64,000 nt of DNA from Eledone cirrhosa (taxonomy: Eukaryota): positions 126,170,001 through 126,234,000 of the forward strand of contig OZ024744.1 in assembly GCA_964016885.1 (NCBI GenBank), read 5' to 3'. Shown piece after piece: positions 33,140-44,558 of the stretch (positions are counted from its first letter, which is position 1; each line of letters opens with the position of its first letter). The notes beneath the pieces were generated by a model. That model was not told the DNA's origin. It was given only the letters and a program-made list of their open reading frames with translations, and made no database searches. Both the position numbers and the translations under genes were made by a program.

Positions 33140-35905
33140 TCAGGTGTAGTTTTGGCGTATTTCGGGAAGCATGAGTGTCTTAAAGGATGCAGTGTCTCGG
33201 CAGCTAACAATTGACGCAGGCAGTTTGTTCCATGTTTCAGCAACTCTGAGCGTGAAAAAATGTCTGCGAAAGTCATGGGAGCTGTGCTGTTTTCTTATCT
33301 TGTAGGCATGTCCACGTGTGTTAGACACATGGAGATCAAAGAGGCGCTCAGGGTTGCAGTTGGCGAGATGGTTAAAAACTTTGTGGGTATTCACCAAGTC
33401 CACTGCCAGATGTCGGAGCTTCAATGAATCCATGCCCAGGGAAGCAAGGCGTTCAGAGTATGGTAGGTGTCTGATGGAGGGTATGCGCTTGGTTGCACGT
33501 CTCTGAACAGCTTCCAGGAGGTCAATGTTCCGAGCAAGATAGGGGTTCCAGACTGATGATGCGAATTCCAAGTGTGGTCGCACCATAGCTGTATACAGTT
33601 TTAAATAGATGGCTGGAGAGCGGCTAACAAAGGTCTTGCTGAGTGATGCCAAGACACCCTCGGCCTTCTTGACAATCTTAGAGACATGCTTTGTCCAACG
33701 CAAATCGTTGCCGACAGTAATGCCCAGGTCACGTTCACAAGAGGACTTTTTGATGTCAGTGTTGTGGAGGGAGTATGTGGACGCTGGATTTTTCCTTCCA
33801 AAATGCATGGTGGTACACTTGTCCACAGCCAGCTTCAGTTGCCAGTCTGTGATCCATTGCTGCATTGTGTCCAGGTCTGATTTTAGGAAAGAGTTGTAAA
33901 TTTCAGGATCAGTCCTTTTGATTTCAAGGTACAGCTTGATGTCATCTGCATATTTTAGTACCGTGGCATTCTGTAAGTTGGCATCTATGTCATTAATATA
34001 TGCCACAAACAAAAGAGGACCAAGAACAGATCCCTGTGGTACACCAGATGACATCTCATATGGTGAAGAATGCTGTCCTAGAACCGTGACTACTTTCCTT
34101 CGGCTGAGAATGAAGGATTTCAGCCAGTCGAAAAGATCATCCCTCACACCCATTGCAGAGAGTTTTGCCATAAGTCTTTTGTGTGGCACAGAATTAAAAG
34201 CCTTAGCAAAGTCAAGGTAAACAACATCCACCCATGAGCCGCTGTCAGTGATCCGGGTGATGTCCTCAAGGAACTCGATAAGCTGATCACAGCAGCTGGA
34301 GTTAGGGATAAATCCAAACTGTGAGGGCCGGATGAGGCTGTGAGAGCTCCAGAAGTTCCAAAGTGTTTCTCTGACACAGGATTCCATCAGTTTGGCCATA
34401 CAGCTAGTAAGACTGACTGGACGATAGTTGACAGGTGACATGCGGTTGCCCTTTTTGAACAGGGGAATGACACTGGCAGTTTTCCACTGCTCCGGAGTAG
34501 CACCATTGCTGAGACAGTATTGAAAGAAAAAAGAAAGCTGGCGCAAAAGGAAATCCCCGCCACGTTTGAGAAGCAGGTATGTCACACCATCAAGACCAGG
34601 GGAGGCATAGTTGCGCTTATTCTTAAGGTGACGTCGCAACATTGCAGGTGTAAATTCCATAGTTGTTATGGAATTTGATGTTAGAGATGGTGGAGATGGT
34701 ACATTCTGGTTTTCAACAGTAAAAATACTTGCATAGCACTCAGCAATGAGTTCTGCGCATTCCTTGGGATCGTCAGTGATCTGGCTTGTGTGGGGATTGC
34801 GAAGAGGACCAACTGGAGAGTGAGGTCTCTGCTTTGAATGAACATATTTCCAGAACACCTTACTGTCAGGATTGGTTGCGATGCACTGTTCAAATTCAAG
34901 CACTGCCTTCTTTGTCACTTGCTTGAGATGGTTAGAAGATTTATTCCGCTTTTTTCTGTTGGCATCTGATCTATGCAGTTTATATTCCCGTTCAGCGTTC
35001 CGACGTTCTTTCCTGGCAAGTCGGACTGCTGAAGTTTCCCAGATTGCACTTTTGGGGTGGTTATTTTTCCGCTTCCGTGGCACTGATGCTGCACACGCTA
35101 TCCATATTGAGTCCAGGATGCTCTGGAGTATAGAGTTCACATCTCCAGAGTTATACATCTCATGCCAGTTTGGGCGCTGTAGCTCAGTGCAGTACAAGTT
35201 CCAATCCGCCCTCTTCCAATCAAAGCAAGCAGATTGGAGATGGCTCTGGTTTTTGTTGCTGCCCTCAAGTGCCAGATTGGCAATGATCATAGCATGATCA
35301 GAGTCGCCTAGAGGTTCCTCAGTAGTACAACTGATAACCACTTCAGGAGTAGTGGTGAAGATCAGGTCCAAAGTGTTGTCACCTCTTGTTGGAGAGGTGA
35401 CTACTTGTGACCAGTTTGAGTCCAGCACTAGTTCAAGGAAATCGTTTGCACCCTGTGGCCAACGAAAGGTTTCCCAATCGATCTCAGGATGATTGAAGTC
35501 ACCTGCAATAAACACATAAGTGGCTGTTTTCTTGGCAGCAACTCTGAGGATATCGCAAAGCTGTGTGTCCTGATGGTAGTTTGGGGGGCGATAAACAACA
35601 CCAAGCAGAAGTGTTGACATGGTCATACGTATGTCACAGAAAAAAACTTCTTCCTGTGATTCGTTCAAATCAACGCAAGGAATTACCGAAAAGTTTGAAC
35701 GAACGTAGACCATCACACCACCACCACGGCGGTTAATGCGGTCCTTGCGGAAAAGGTTGTACCCAGTAATGGTGAAAACCCCATCACAGAGTAAGGAATG
35801 TGCCCATGTTTCCGTGACTGTGATGAAGTCAGGGTCGATGCTTCTGACGTAGGATTCGAACAGATGTATCTTGTTGCATAAACTGCGAGCATTTAAGGAC
35901 AACAA
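33140..35905 (-). CDS. CR1-type ORF2: APE endonuclease + reverse transcriptase (921 aa, uninterrupted; no AUG at the start)
   Basis: Endonuclease motifs NARS, VTETW, YRPP, GDFNHP, LDLIF and SDH. RT motifs NYRPVSLTS, YLDFAKAF, SGVPQGSVLGPLLF, YADD and ERDLG. CR1-type C-terminus TRGH..K....R.HFF..RV...WN.LP. Confidence 0.95.
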   Translation of the reverse strand: MLSLNARSLCNKIHLFESYVRSIDPDFITVTETWAHSLLCDGVFTITGYNLFRKDRINRRGGGVMVYVRSNFSVIPCVDLNESQEEVFFCDIRMTMSTLLLGVVYRPPNYHQDTQLCDILRVAAKKTATYVFIAGDFNHPEIDWETFRWPQGANDFLELVLDSNWSQVVTSPTRGDNTLDLIFTTTPEVVISCTTEEPLGDSDHAMIIANLALEGSNKNQSHLQSACFDWKRADWNLYCTELQRPNWHEMYNSGDVNSILQSILDSIWIACAASVPRKRKNNHPKSAIWETSAVRLARKERRNAEREYKLHRSDANRKKRNKSSNHLKQVTKKAVLEFEQCIATNPDSKVFWKYVHSKQRPHSPVGPLRNPHTSQITDDPKECAELIAECYASIFTVENQNVPSPPSLTSNSITTMEFTPAMLRRHLKNKRNYASPGLDGVTYLLLKRGGDFLLRQLSFFFQYCLSNGATPEQWKTASVIPLFKKGNRMSPVNYRPVSLTSCMAKLMESCVRETLWNFWSSHSLIRPSQFGFIPNSSCCDQLIEFLEDITRITDSGSWVDVVYLDFAKAFNSVPHKRLMAKLSAMGVRDDLFDWLKSFILSRRKVVTVLGQHSSPYEMSSGVPQGSVLGPLLFVAYINDIDANLQNATVLKYADDIKLYLEIKRTDPEIYNSFLKSDLDTMQQWITDWQLKLAVDKCTTMHFGRKNPASTYSLHNTDIKKSSCERDLGITVGNDLRWTKHVSKIVKKAEGVLASLSKTFVSRSPAIYLKLYTAMVRPHLEFASSVWNPYLARNIDLLEAVQRRATKRIPSIRHLPYSERLASLGMDSLKLRHLAVDLVNTHKVFNHLANCNPERLFDLHVSNTRGHAYKIRKQHSSHDFRRHFFTLRVAETWNKLPASIVSCRDTASFKTLMLPEIRQNYT

Positions 35906-35961
35906 TTTGTACCCTGCTCGCAGTCTATGATGGTGTGTAGAGGGTGGCAGGTTGTTCTGGT

Positions 35962-36116
35962 TTAGTTTCCCAGAGTTGTAGCAGTTTTTACATTGCCAGT
36001 TATTGTGGGTAGATCACACTCAGACCAGCTGGTATCTCTCTTCCACGTTTCACCCGCCTTGACAAACCTCCAGATCTGCCCATCATCACGCAGACTGAAA
36101 CTTTCATCTTGTGCTG
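35962..36116 (-). pseudogene. Probable CR1 ORF1 C-terminal remnant (ends ...TTLGN-stop)
   Basis: Open frame directly upstream of and overlapping the ORF2 frame. It is truncated at the microsatellite. Confidence 0.6.
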
Positions 36117-36179
36117 TATATATATATATATACACACGTGTGTGTGTATTTATGTATATATATATATATACACACACAC

Positions 36180-36221
<42 letters not shown>

Positions 36222-36336
36222 GTGTGTGTGTGTATATATATTTATATATATATACACACACGTGTGTGTATATATATATATATATATACACGTGTGTGTG
36301 TATTTATATATATATATATATACACACACACGTGTG

Positions 36337-36367
<31 letters not shown>

Positions 36368-36387
36368 GTGTGTGTATATATATATAT
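36116..36387. repeat. Compound (TA)n(CA)nCG(TG)n microsatellite (other flank of CR1)
   Basis: Seen directly. Confidence 0.95.
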
Positions 36388-36389
36388 CT

Positions 36390-36738
36390 GTCTCTCTCCC
36401 TGTCTCTCACTCTCCCTCTATCCCCCCTCTCTCTCTCTGTCTCTCTCTCCCCCCCCCTCTCTCTCTCTAGTAGTAGAGAGAGACAAAGAGAGAGAGATAT
36501 AAACGTATAACCCTAACCAAACCCTAACCCAACCCTAACCCCAACCCTAACCCTAACCTAACCCTAACCCATCTCTCTCTCTCTCTCACCCCCTCTCTCT
36601 CTCTCTAGTAGTAGAGAGAGAGATATAAACGTATAACCCTAACCCAACCCTAACCTCTCTCTCTCTTCTCTCTCTCTCTCTCCCCTCTCTCTCTCTATTC
36701 CCCCCTCTCTATTTCCCCCCCCCTCTCTCTCTAGTAGT

Positions 36739-36769
<31 letters not shown>

Positions 36770-36850
36770 TATAAACGTATAACCCTAACCCAACCCTAAC
36801 CCTAACCCAACCCCAACCCTAACCCATCTCTCTCTCTCTCTCTCTCTCTC
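36390..36850. repeat. Three-copy composite repeat: (CT)n-ctagtagtag-(GA)n-tataaacgtat-(AACCCT)n
   Basis: ctagtagtagagagag...gatataaacgtataaccctaacc recurs near 36467, 36605 and 36731. Confidence 0.85.
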
Positions 36851-36989
36851 TTTGTTTTTAACATTGTTTTGTTTTTCTTTTCTTTTCTTATTCAGATGAC
36901 AAACGGCAGAGGATACAACAGAAGAAAAGAACAAAGATAATTATTATTATTATTACTATTATTATTTGTTTTATTATAATCAAAATATG

Positions 36990-37930
36990 CTGTTAGTTAG
37001 ATCTGCATTGCGTACATTTTATATAATTTATGCCAGTTCCTTTTCTGCATATCGAACATGGCCATTTCCCTGACGGAATAGAGTTTTGTCCTCTTTCGTG
37101 ACACAAAGTACAGCCAGCGGCATCATTGCGGACAGACTTAATCCCGAATTGCACTGACACACTGCCTCGCAATACGGAACACCGCACGTCTTTGATCTTC
37201 TTCCCGTCGATCAGCCTCCTTGCCATGCTAAGTACACCTGACGTCTAGCTTCTCTCTTAGCGGCGGCTTTATATTCTTCTCTACTCCCACTAATTTTCCA
37301 AGCATTCCATGCTAGCCTTTAGTCTCCAATGGCCCGATCTACCGTGCTGTCCCACCACCATGTCACTCTCTGTCTGGTTGGAACTCTGATCCAGCCACAA
37401 GTTTAATCAGTAGCCTGCAATAAGTTGTCACATAAGAAAATCGAGTTCTCATGTATGTCATACGACTGTGAATCGTCTTCTTTTTCGTCATACACATATT
37501 GAAGGGCTTTCCTAAATTTCTATTTTAGTGAAATCTCTTTTAGCTTCCAGACCTTTCTTTTTTCCACATCTTCCTGTATGTCTCAATCATACCTGGAGCT
37601 GTCCAACATGACCATTGAAATCCCCTGCTAGCATAACGATGTCTCCGTCCTGTCATTGTGGCTGTTTGTAAAAATTGCTTGTAAATGAAGTCTTTCTTTT
37701 CTTTACCTAGCAGAAGCAATTAACACTAACCCAACTGTAACACTAACCCTAACACTAACTTATGCAGGCCTAGGTAAAGACAAGAAAGATAAAACAAGGA
37801 GTGATGCTTCTTGAATTTTGTGATGCAAGTGTTTTAACCATTTGCAAAACCAACTTCCACAAACCTGCCTCACTGCCGCCTAATAACCTACAAATCAGGC
37901 AAGCACAGAAGCCGGATTTCTCGGTAGTTA
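36990..37930. pseudogene. Jumbled RTE-clade fragments (both strands)
   Basis: Minus strand SIPSGKWPCSICRKGTGINYIKCTQC and ctagcaggggatttcaatggtcatgttgga (LAGDFNGHVG). Plus strand LLEFCDASVLTICKTNFHKP. Confidence 0.65.
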
Positions 37931-38429
37931 GGCAGCGAGACAGACAGATGGGGTGTGAAGTACCAGGGTGTGCCCCGGGGAGGAATGTTTCCCACAGCGT
38001 GGGTTGGTTGTTGGTGATGTCTCGGTTATCTTGAGACGGAGTGAGACGTGCAGGAATACTCTCACGGAATCGCCAAATGAGGTTTATTTTTCAACATAGT
38101 CCCTGGAATGAAACAATGTGGTTATTAAGAAGAATTGAAATTAATGTAAGATTTCACAGATCTATGATCAATCCTTCACAGTCAGCTTACAAAGTTTTCA
38201 GCCAAACCTTGTGTATTTCCAACATTTCAAACCCTATCTAGGACTACATTATCTAATGTACAGTACAGTAGTTAGTATTAGTGGCTATCAGACATAGTGT
38301 ATCTAAATGCAACATTTTTAACATTGTTTTTTTTTTCTTTTCTTTTCTTTTCTTATTCAGATGACAGACGGCAGAGGATACAATAGAAGAAAAGAACAAT
38401 GATAATTATTATTATTATTATTGTTGTTA

Positions 38430-38825
38430 TTCCTTGAATCTCAGTCATTGATGTTGGTTAACTGGAAAGTCCGTTGGAATGAATATCAAGCCACTACCTG
38501 CAGCCTCAGATATTCAGGACGTATCGGAGGGTTCTTGCTGTTCCAAGCAAGCATGCCTTTTGAAGCGTTCCAAAAAGCGTGAAGGGGCCGATTTTCTTTA
38601 ACCATCCCTGGAAACTTTTGGAGATGGACAAAAAACTGGAACACAATAGACCTGACCTGGTGGTTGTGGACAAAGAAAAAAGATCGTGTCTGATTGTGGA
38701 TGTGGCCTGCCCGTTCAACACGAGAGTGCAAGAGAAGGAGAGGGAGAAAATTAACCGATACCAGGACCTAAAGTGGGAGGTGAAAAGGATTTGGAACTTC
38801 CATGAAGTCAAAGTGATCCCGATTG
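38430..38825 (-). mobile_element. R4/Dong-clade non-LTR retrotransposon 3' fragment with inverted 5' segment, inserted in (TAA)n
   Basis: Plus strand 38627-38825 encodes DKKLEHNRPDLVVVDKEKRSCLIVDVACP..KEREKINRYQDLKWEVKRIW..VKVIPI. Minus strand 38628-38506 encodes SISKSFQGWLKKIG..LQKACLLGTARTLRYVLNI-stop, followed by a 3'UTR and (TAA)n. Confidence 0.85.
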
Positions 38826-38866
<41 letters not shown>

Positions 38867-38904
38867 TATTATTTGTTTTATTATAATCAAAATATGCTGT
38901 TAGT

Positions 38905-39420
38905 TAGATCTGCATTGTGTACATTTTATATAATTTATGCCAGTTCCTTTTCTACATATCGAACATGGCCATTTCCCTGACGGAATAGAGTTTTGTCCTC
39001 TTTTCTACTCATCAACACTCATTCGTGACACAAAGTACAGCCAGCGGCATCATTGCGGACAGACTTAATCCTGATTTGCACTGACACACTGCCTCGCAAT
39101 ACGGAACACCGCACGTCTTTGATCTTCTTCCCGTCGATCAGCCTCCTTGCCATGCAAAGTACACCTGACGTCTAGCTTCTCTCTTAGCGGCGGCGGCTGT
39201 ATATTCTTCTCTACTCCCACTAATTTTCCAAGCATTCCATGCTAGTCTTTAGTCTCCAATGGCCCGATCTACAGTTTCTGTCTCAACTCGTCTATGCTTG
39301 GTCGTTCCCGCACATTGACATTGCACATCCAACGGAGCATGCTTGCTTCATTTCTCTCCAGCCGTCGCATGTCCTCTGCAGTTGCTGCCCGTGTCTCACT
39401 ACCATGCAGCATCGCGCATC
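38905..39420 (-). pseudogene. RTE-clade fragments (largely a duplicate of 36995-37340)
   Basis: RCAMLHGSETRAATAEDMRRLERNEASMLRWMCNV, plus near-identical sequence to 36995-37340. Confidence 0.75.
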
Positions 39421-39464
39421 TAAACCTGGCCCTTACCCTAACCCCAACCTCTTTGGTTTTCGTT

Positions 39465-40298
39465 TTCTCGACGGCTAGCCGCATTTCGTGATCCGCCTTT
39501 CGATTGCGCTTCCGTCGCGGCAAAAGAATTGCCTTTCCAGACCGCCGTCGCCCGACCGGACCCATGATAGAAGACGTTCGTTACCGTTGGAGCAACGCAA
39601 ATTACTCCTCGGTTGACGCCAAAAACGAACGCCTTCCCGCCTCGCGCCGCCTTCTCCTCGCCGACCCTCGGCCTCGACGATTAGCCACTTTCCGTCACAG
39701 CAGTAGATACGCGTCCGTCGTAATAGCCGTCATTTTAACGCAGGAGAAACGCCTAATTGCCCTGCACCGCGTTTGACGGCGATCTACGACGGCGACGATG
39801 CGCGCACTCTTCCTTGCTGCGACGAAGGTTTCGGCTTTTCGTCGTGGACCCGGTCAGGTCATGCCGCTGACCTCGCGTTACGGCGACGCGAGAAGACGTT
39901 CGTTACCGCTGGAGCAACGCAAATTACTCCTCGGTTGACGCCAAAAACGAACGCCTCGCGCCGCCGCTTCCTCCTCGGCCTCGACGATTAGCCGCTTTCC
40001 GTCACAGCAGTAGATACGCGTCCATCGTAATAGCCGTCATTTTAACGCAGGAGAAACGCCTTGACGACGATATACGACGGGTCGACGACACGCGCACTCT
40101 TTCTGCTGCGACGAAGGTTTTGGCTTTTCGTTGTGGACCCGGTCGGGTCATGCCTCTGACCTCGCGTTGCGTCGCCACCGCCGCGGCGGGCTTGGGTTTA
40201 GCCGTAGCTACCCTCGTTTTGCCAACGGCGACGCGAGAAGACGTTCGTTACCGCTGGAGCAACGCAAATTACTCCTCGGATGAGGCCAAAAACGAACG
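39465..40298 (+). repeat. Diverged paralogue of the 172-bp unit plus two ETS-like modules (no rRNA follows)
   Basis: Matches 6258-6430, then matches 7670-7930 twice (ccgtcacagcagtag..gtaatagccgtcattttaa..gcaggagaaacgcc..tgctgcgacgaaggttt..ggacccggtc.ggtcatgcc). Confidence 0.85.
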
Positions 40299-40789
40299 CT
40301 GAAGAGATATTGTCCATGGATATCGGGAATTTTACCCGCCCTAGATAGATAGATAGATAGATAGGGATGTATGTATGTATGTATTTACACACACACACAC
40401 ACACACATATGTATGTATCTTTCTCATTCTCTCTGTATGTATGTATGTATGTATATATATATAATTATATATTTATAGACATCCTGAAAGCTTTTTAAAT
40501 GTCTGAGAGATTGGCTAAATATGTTTTGCAGGTATGACCAGTAAGAGAGAGGTAAGTTATTTCAAAACAATTCTTTGACCATTATTTTAAGGTACTATCT
40601 CAGTGTATTTTTAAATTGACCTCTTGATAGGATGAAATGACCTGTATAATTTTTTTCATATTTAGATGGAATAGAAGAAAAACAAGAAAAATGAAATGAA
40701 TTCAAACAGAAAATATACACCAATGCCAATGGAGGTATGATTTCAGTTTAATCTTAACCTAATGACCACTTTACAGAGTGTACTGGATA

Positions 40790-40870
<81 letters not shown>

Positions 40871-41328
40871 AGGAAGCTCCAACCGTTAAGGTTGTCTTTC
40901 CATTTATTAATATATTGTGTATTTACTCCACTAAACTGTTGAGTGCTTTATATCAGTTATAAAAAAATTTCAGCTTGTTGAATCCCAAAATAGTTGTTGA
41001 AACAGCCACAGCTCAGCCGTCGGGGTCCTGAATATTTATCATATATATATACGTATGAGTGTGTGTGTTTTGAGAATTAATAATTATATAAACAAGTTTG
41101 TAATGAACAATTTATTTCTTATCAAAACTGTATAAACATGATATTATTTACAGTAAGAATAACAATAATAATGATGGTTTCTAGTAAAGGTGGAAGGCCA
41201 GTAATTTGGGGGAGGGGAAAGTTGATTAAATCGAAGAGAGAAAGAAAGAAAAAACAGAACGGGAAGGAGAGGGGATGGCAAGAGGTCCGGTGTCGCAGGA
41301 GAGAGGGGAGGGTGGTTGAGCTTTGAGT

Positions 41329-41813
41329 CTAGGGCAAGAGGGCAGAAATGCTGCGCCCCACGGATAAGACGGCAAAAATATTCTCGCGGACGATGGCCAG
41401 AGATACCCAATGCAACAACCACCCAACCTCGCGGTGTTCCCTCCTCAGATGGGCTGCTGACTCTCCGATCTTTTGGAGGAGCTCGGCAGTACAAGGTCCA
41501 AGTACTCCTGGGGTCTCGACGTTGACTGGTGCAGAGAGGAAGTGGCCGGACAATCCTCGGTATTTGTTTATTTTACGTTCTTCTGCGAGGTGGGCTGCGA
41601 TGCCGGGGTTTGTGACCGAAACGACTTGGAAACGAAGTTGTAGGCGGAGATTGTGTCGTAGCTGGTGGTGTCCCAGATGAGGGACCTACGTCCTTCGAAT
41701 GGGAAGAGAGTGATTCCGTCGGGGCGCTTGCCATCTCCGGGACCTGTTGGCCCCAGTTGTGATGGGAAGCCAGCTGCGTCCAGGCTTCTTCTCAATATGT
41801 CGTTGACAACGAC
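41329..41813 (-). pseudogene. CRE-like RLE fragment (copy 2)
   Basis: Same peptides as 1096-1580. Confidence 0.7.
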
Positions 41814-42357
41814 GTGTATCTATTCAATAATTATTTGAATATTGAAATTTTAGGTTTAACTACCTTTTAAACCAAATACATTAAGAAAGGCATGACCAAC
41901 ACCACATCATTTTTATTTCTATTTTGAAAGTAGGTTTATAAGTATTAAATTTCAGTAGATTCTTATATCCTTCATGGTGGTCTGGTGGGAGATACGAGAG
42001 ATGGTGGAGGTTCTGGTCTGGGGTTCAATCCTGCTCAGGAGATACTCTAAGGGGGTTCATACTAAACTTCTTCAGTGTTTCTTATCTCTAGAGACAAATA
42101 TATATACATAAGGTAATCTGGTAAAGTTGTTAGAACATCACATAGAATTCTTTGTAGTATTTTTTCCAGTTCTTCAATCTGAGTTCAACTTTACTTTTCT
42201 TCCATTCGGGGTTGATAATAACGTACCAGTCAAATACTAGGGGTTAATTCTTCCTCTATATCTCTTTCTCACTCTCTGTCTGTTTTATTAAGACCTGGAG
42301 AGGTGATGTACTCTACCAGGTTTTATAATGAGTGATGGGGTCATACCTGCCTGCTAC

Positions 42358-43458
42358 ACCTCTGTGTACTAAGTGTAGCATATTATATCCTTGTTCAGGG
42401 CCTTCCTGACATTACTGTGTACTAAGGGTAGCATTTTATATCCTTGTTCAGGGCCATCTTAACATTGCTGTGTACTAAGTGTAGCATATTATATCCTTGT
42501 TCGGGGCCTTCCTGACATTAGTGTGTACTGAGTGTAGATTTTAACATCCTTGTTCTGGGCCTTCCTAACATTACTGTGTACTGAGTGTAGATTTTAACAT
42601 CTTTGTTCAGAGCCTTCCTTACATTACTGTGTACTAAGTGTAGCATTTCATATACTTGTTCTGGGCCTTCCTAACGTTACTGTGGAAATAGTAGTTTATA
42701 TCCAATATGTAATATAGATATGGATTCTACAGGACTAAAACTCATTAATATGAGGGGTATTAGTAGATTATATGCCATATTTAATAGAGAAATGGCTTCT
42801 ACAAGACTAAAACTCATTAATATGAGGGGTATTACAGTTTATATGCCATATTTAATACAGAAATGGCTTCTAAAGGACTAGAACTCTTTAAATTGAATAA
42901 AATAGTAGTATATATCCTATGTTTAATACAGAAATGCCTTCTAAAGGACTCATTAATATGAGGGTATTAGTAGATTATATAACATATTTAATACAGAAAT
43001 GGCTTTTAAATTCAGGGACTCGTTAATTTGATGGAAATAGTAGTGTCTATGCAATATTTAATACAGAAATAGCTTCTACAGGACTAAAACTAATTAATAT
43101 GAGGGGTATTAGTAGTATATGTGCCATATTTAATACAGAGATGGCTTCTAAATGGAGGTATCTCATTAATTCGATTGAAATGGTAGTGTATATGCAATAT
43201 TTAATACAGAAATAGCTTCTACAAGAATAAAACTCATTAATATGAAGGTTATTATTACATTATATGCCATATTTAATACAGAAATCGGTTCTAAAGGACT
43301 AGAACTCTTTAATTCAAATCAAATAGTAGTATAAAGCAATATTTACTACAGAAATGGCTTCTACAAGACTAAAAATCCTTAATATGAGGGGTATTGTTAG
43401 ATTATATACCATATTTAATACAGAAATGGCTTCTAAATGAAGAAATCTCTTTAATTCG
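42358..43458. repeat. 53-bp and 71-bp minisatellites (copy 2)
   Basis: Near-identical to 2125-3225. Confidence 0.88.
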
Positions 43459-44118
43459 ATAGTAATAGTAATAATAATAATAGTAATAGTAATAATACAG
43501 CCAATTTTCCACGCAATACTTTTAGTTAGCACCCCGAACGCATAATTGGGAATATAATCACTTATTTCCTAATGTTTGTTGAGTGAGTTGGGAAAAAAAA
43601 CTTGGGAAATATATTTTCAGGGTCTCAAAATCTTAAAGAGAAAAAAAAGTCCTGTGGAAGGTAGCAAAACAATTAGGAAGAAAATGGTTTGAAGTTGGTT
43701 GGTGAGTATAAGATTACAGTATCTTGTTGATTTCTATAAAGTTTACTTTTAACTGAATTGGTAAAAATGGATAAATTAGAAGACACAATATAATAACTAA
43801 TATTGTCTTCTAAAACAGGGAATAAAAATATGTTGGTGTATTGGGGGGGGGGGGGGGGGTAAACATGTGAGTTAATGGGAATGTTTTTGTTTGTTTTTAT
43901 TGAAACATATTCAATCTACAGATAGGTTGTTATAGTTATTTAGTCTCGGGTCTGCCATTATCTGCAGATTTATAATTGAGGGGTGTTCCAGGTGTGACCA
44001 CCCTACATTATTCCTAGAGATTGTTACTCCTTCATTCTTCAGTCATCTTGGTCTTCTTATGAGATGGTGGTGTAGTCTTATTTATTGTTAAGGTTATGGT
44101 CTTCCTTTGTCCACACTC

Positions 44119-44156
<38 letters not shown>

Positions 44157-44558
44157 AAAGGCTTCCTTCTCTGGAAAAAGATGATTTAATATTCACAACC
44201 ATCTGTCTAATTGTTTTCTGATGAGAATAAAGTTAATCTTGCTTGTATGTCTACCTGATCAAATGACTGGCTGATATCTTGAAGTCATTTACACCACAGA
44301 ACTGTAGGAGTCTTGATCCCTCAAGCCATACCTCTAGCCATCATGTACTCCAAAAGAGTCTCACCTTGGTGCTACTCAACATGTCCATTAAATTTAGCAG
44401 CAAGGATGCCCTCTTCTTAGTGAGAGACAACTACAAGAGAGGTTCTTAGAGAAGAATAAGCCACTATAGTTAACTTTTGTTGACATAGAGAACCCCGATC
44501 TGTCATCTGGTGGTCCTTAAGGAAACTAGGTGTAGGGGAATGGCTTGTGAGGACAGTG

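Larger units (their letters stand above)
32991..36116 (-). mobile_element. CR1-clade LINE, 5'-truncated, with intact ORF2, short 3'UTR and (ATT)n tail
   Basis: Contains the ORF1 C-terminal remnant, ORF2 and a 3' tail tcatttcattattattatta. The same compound microsatellite flanks both sides. Confidence 0.9.
1..40247. repeat. Giant tandem repeat unit, copy 1 (~40.2 kb; boundary set arbitrarily at window start)
   Basis: The sequence at position 1 (ttaccgctggagcaacgcaaattactcctcggatgaggcc) recurs at 40248. Downstream features recur in the same order, with ORF-track offsets 40233, 34630, 31310, 31304 and 31350. Confidence 0.97.
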
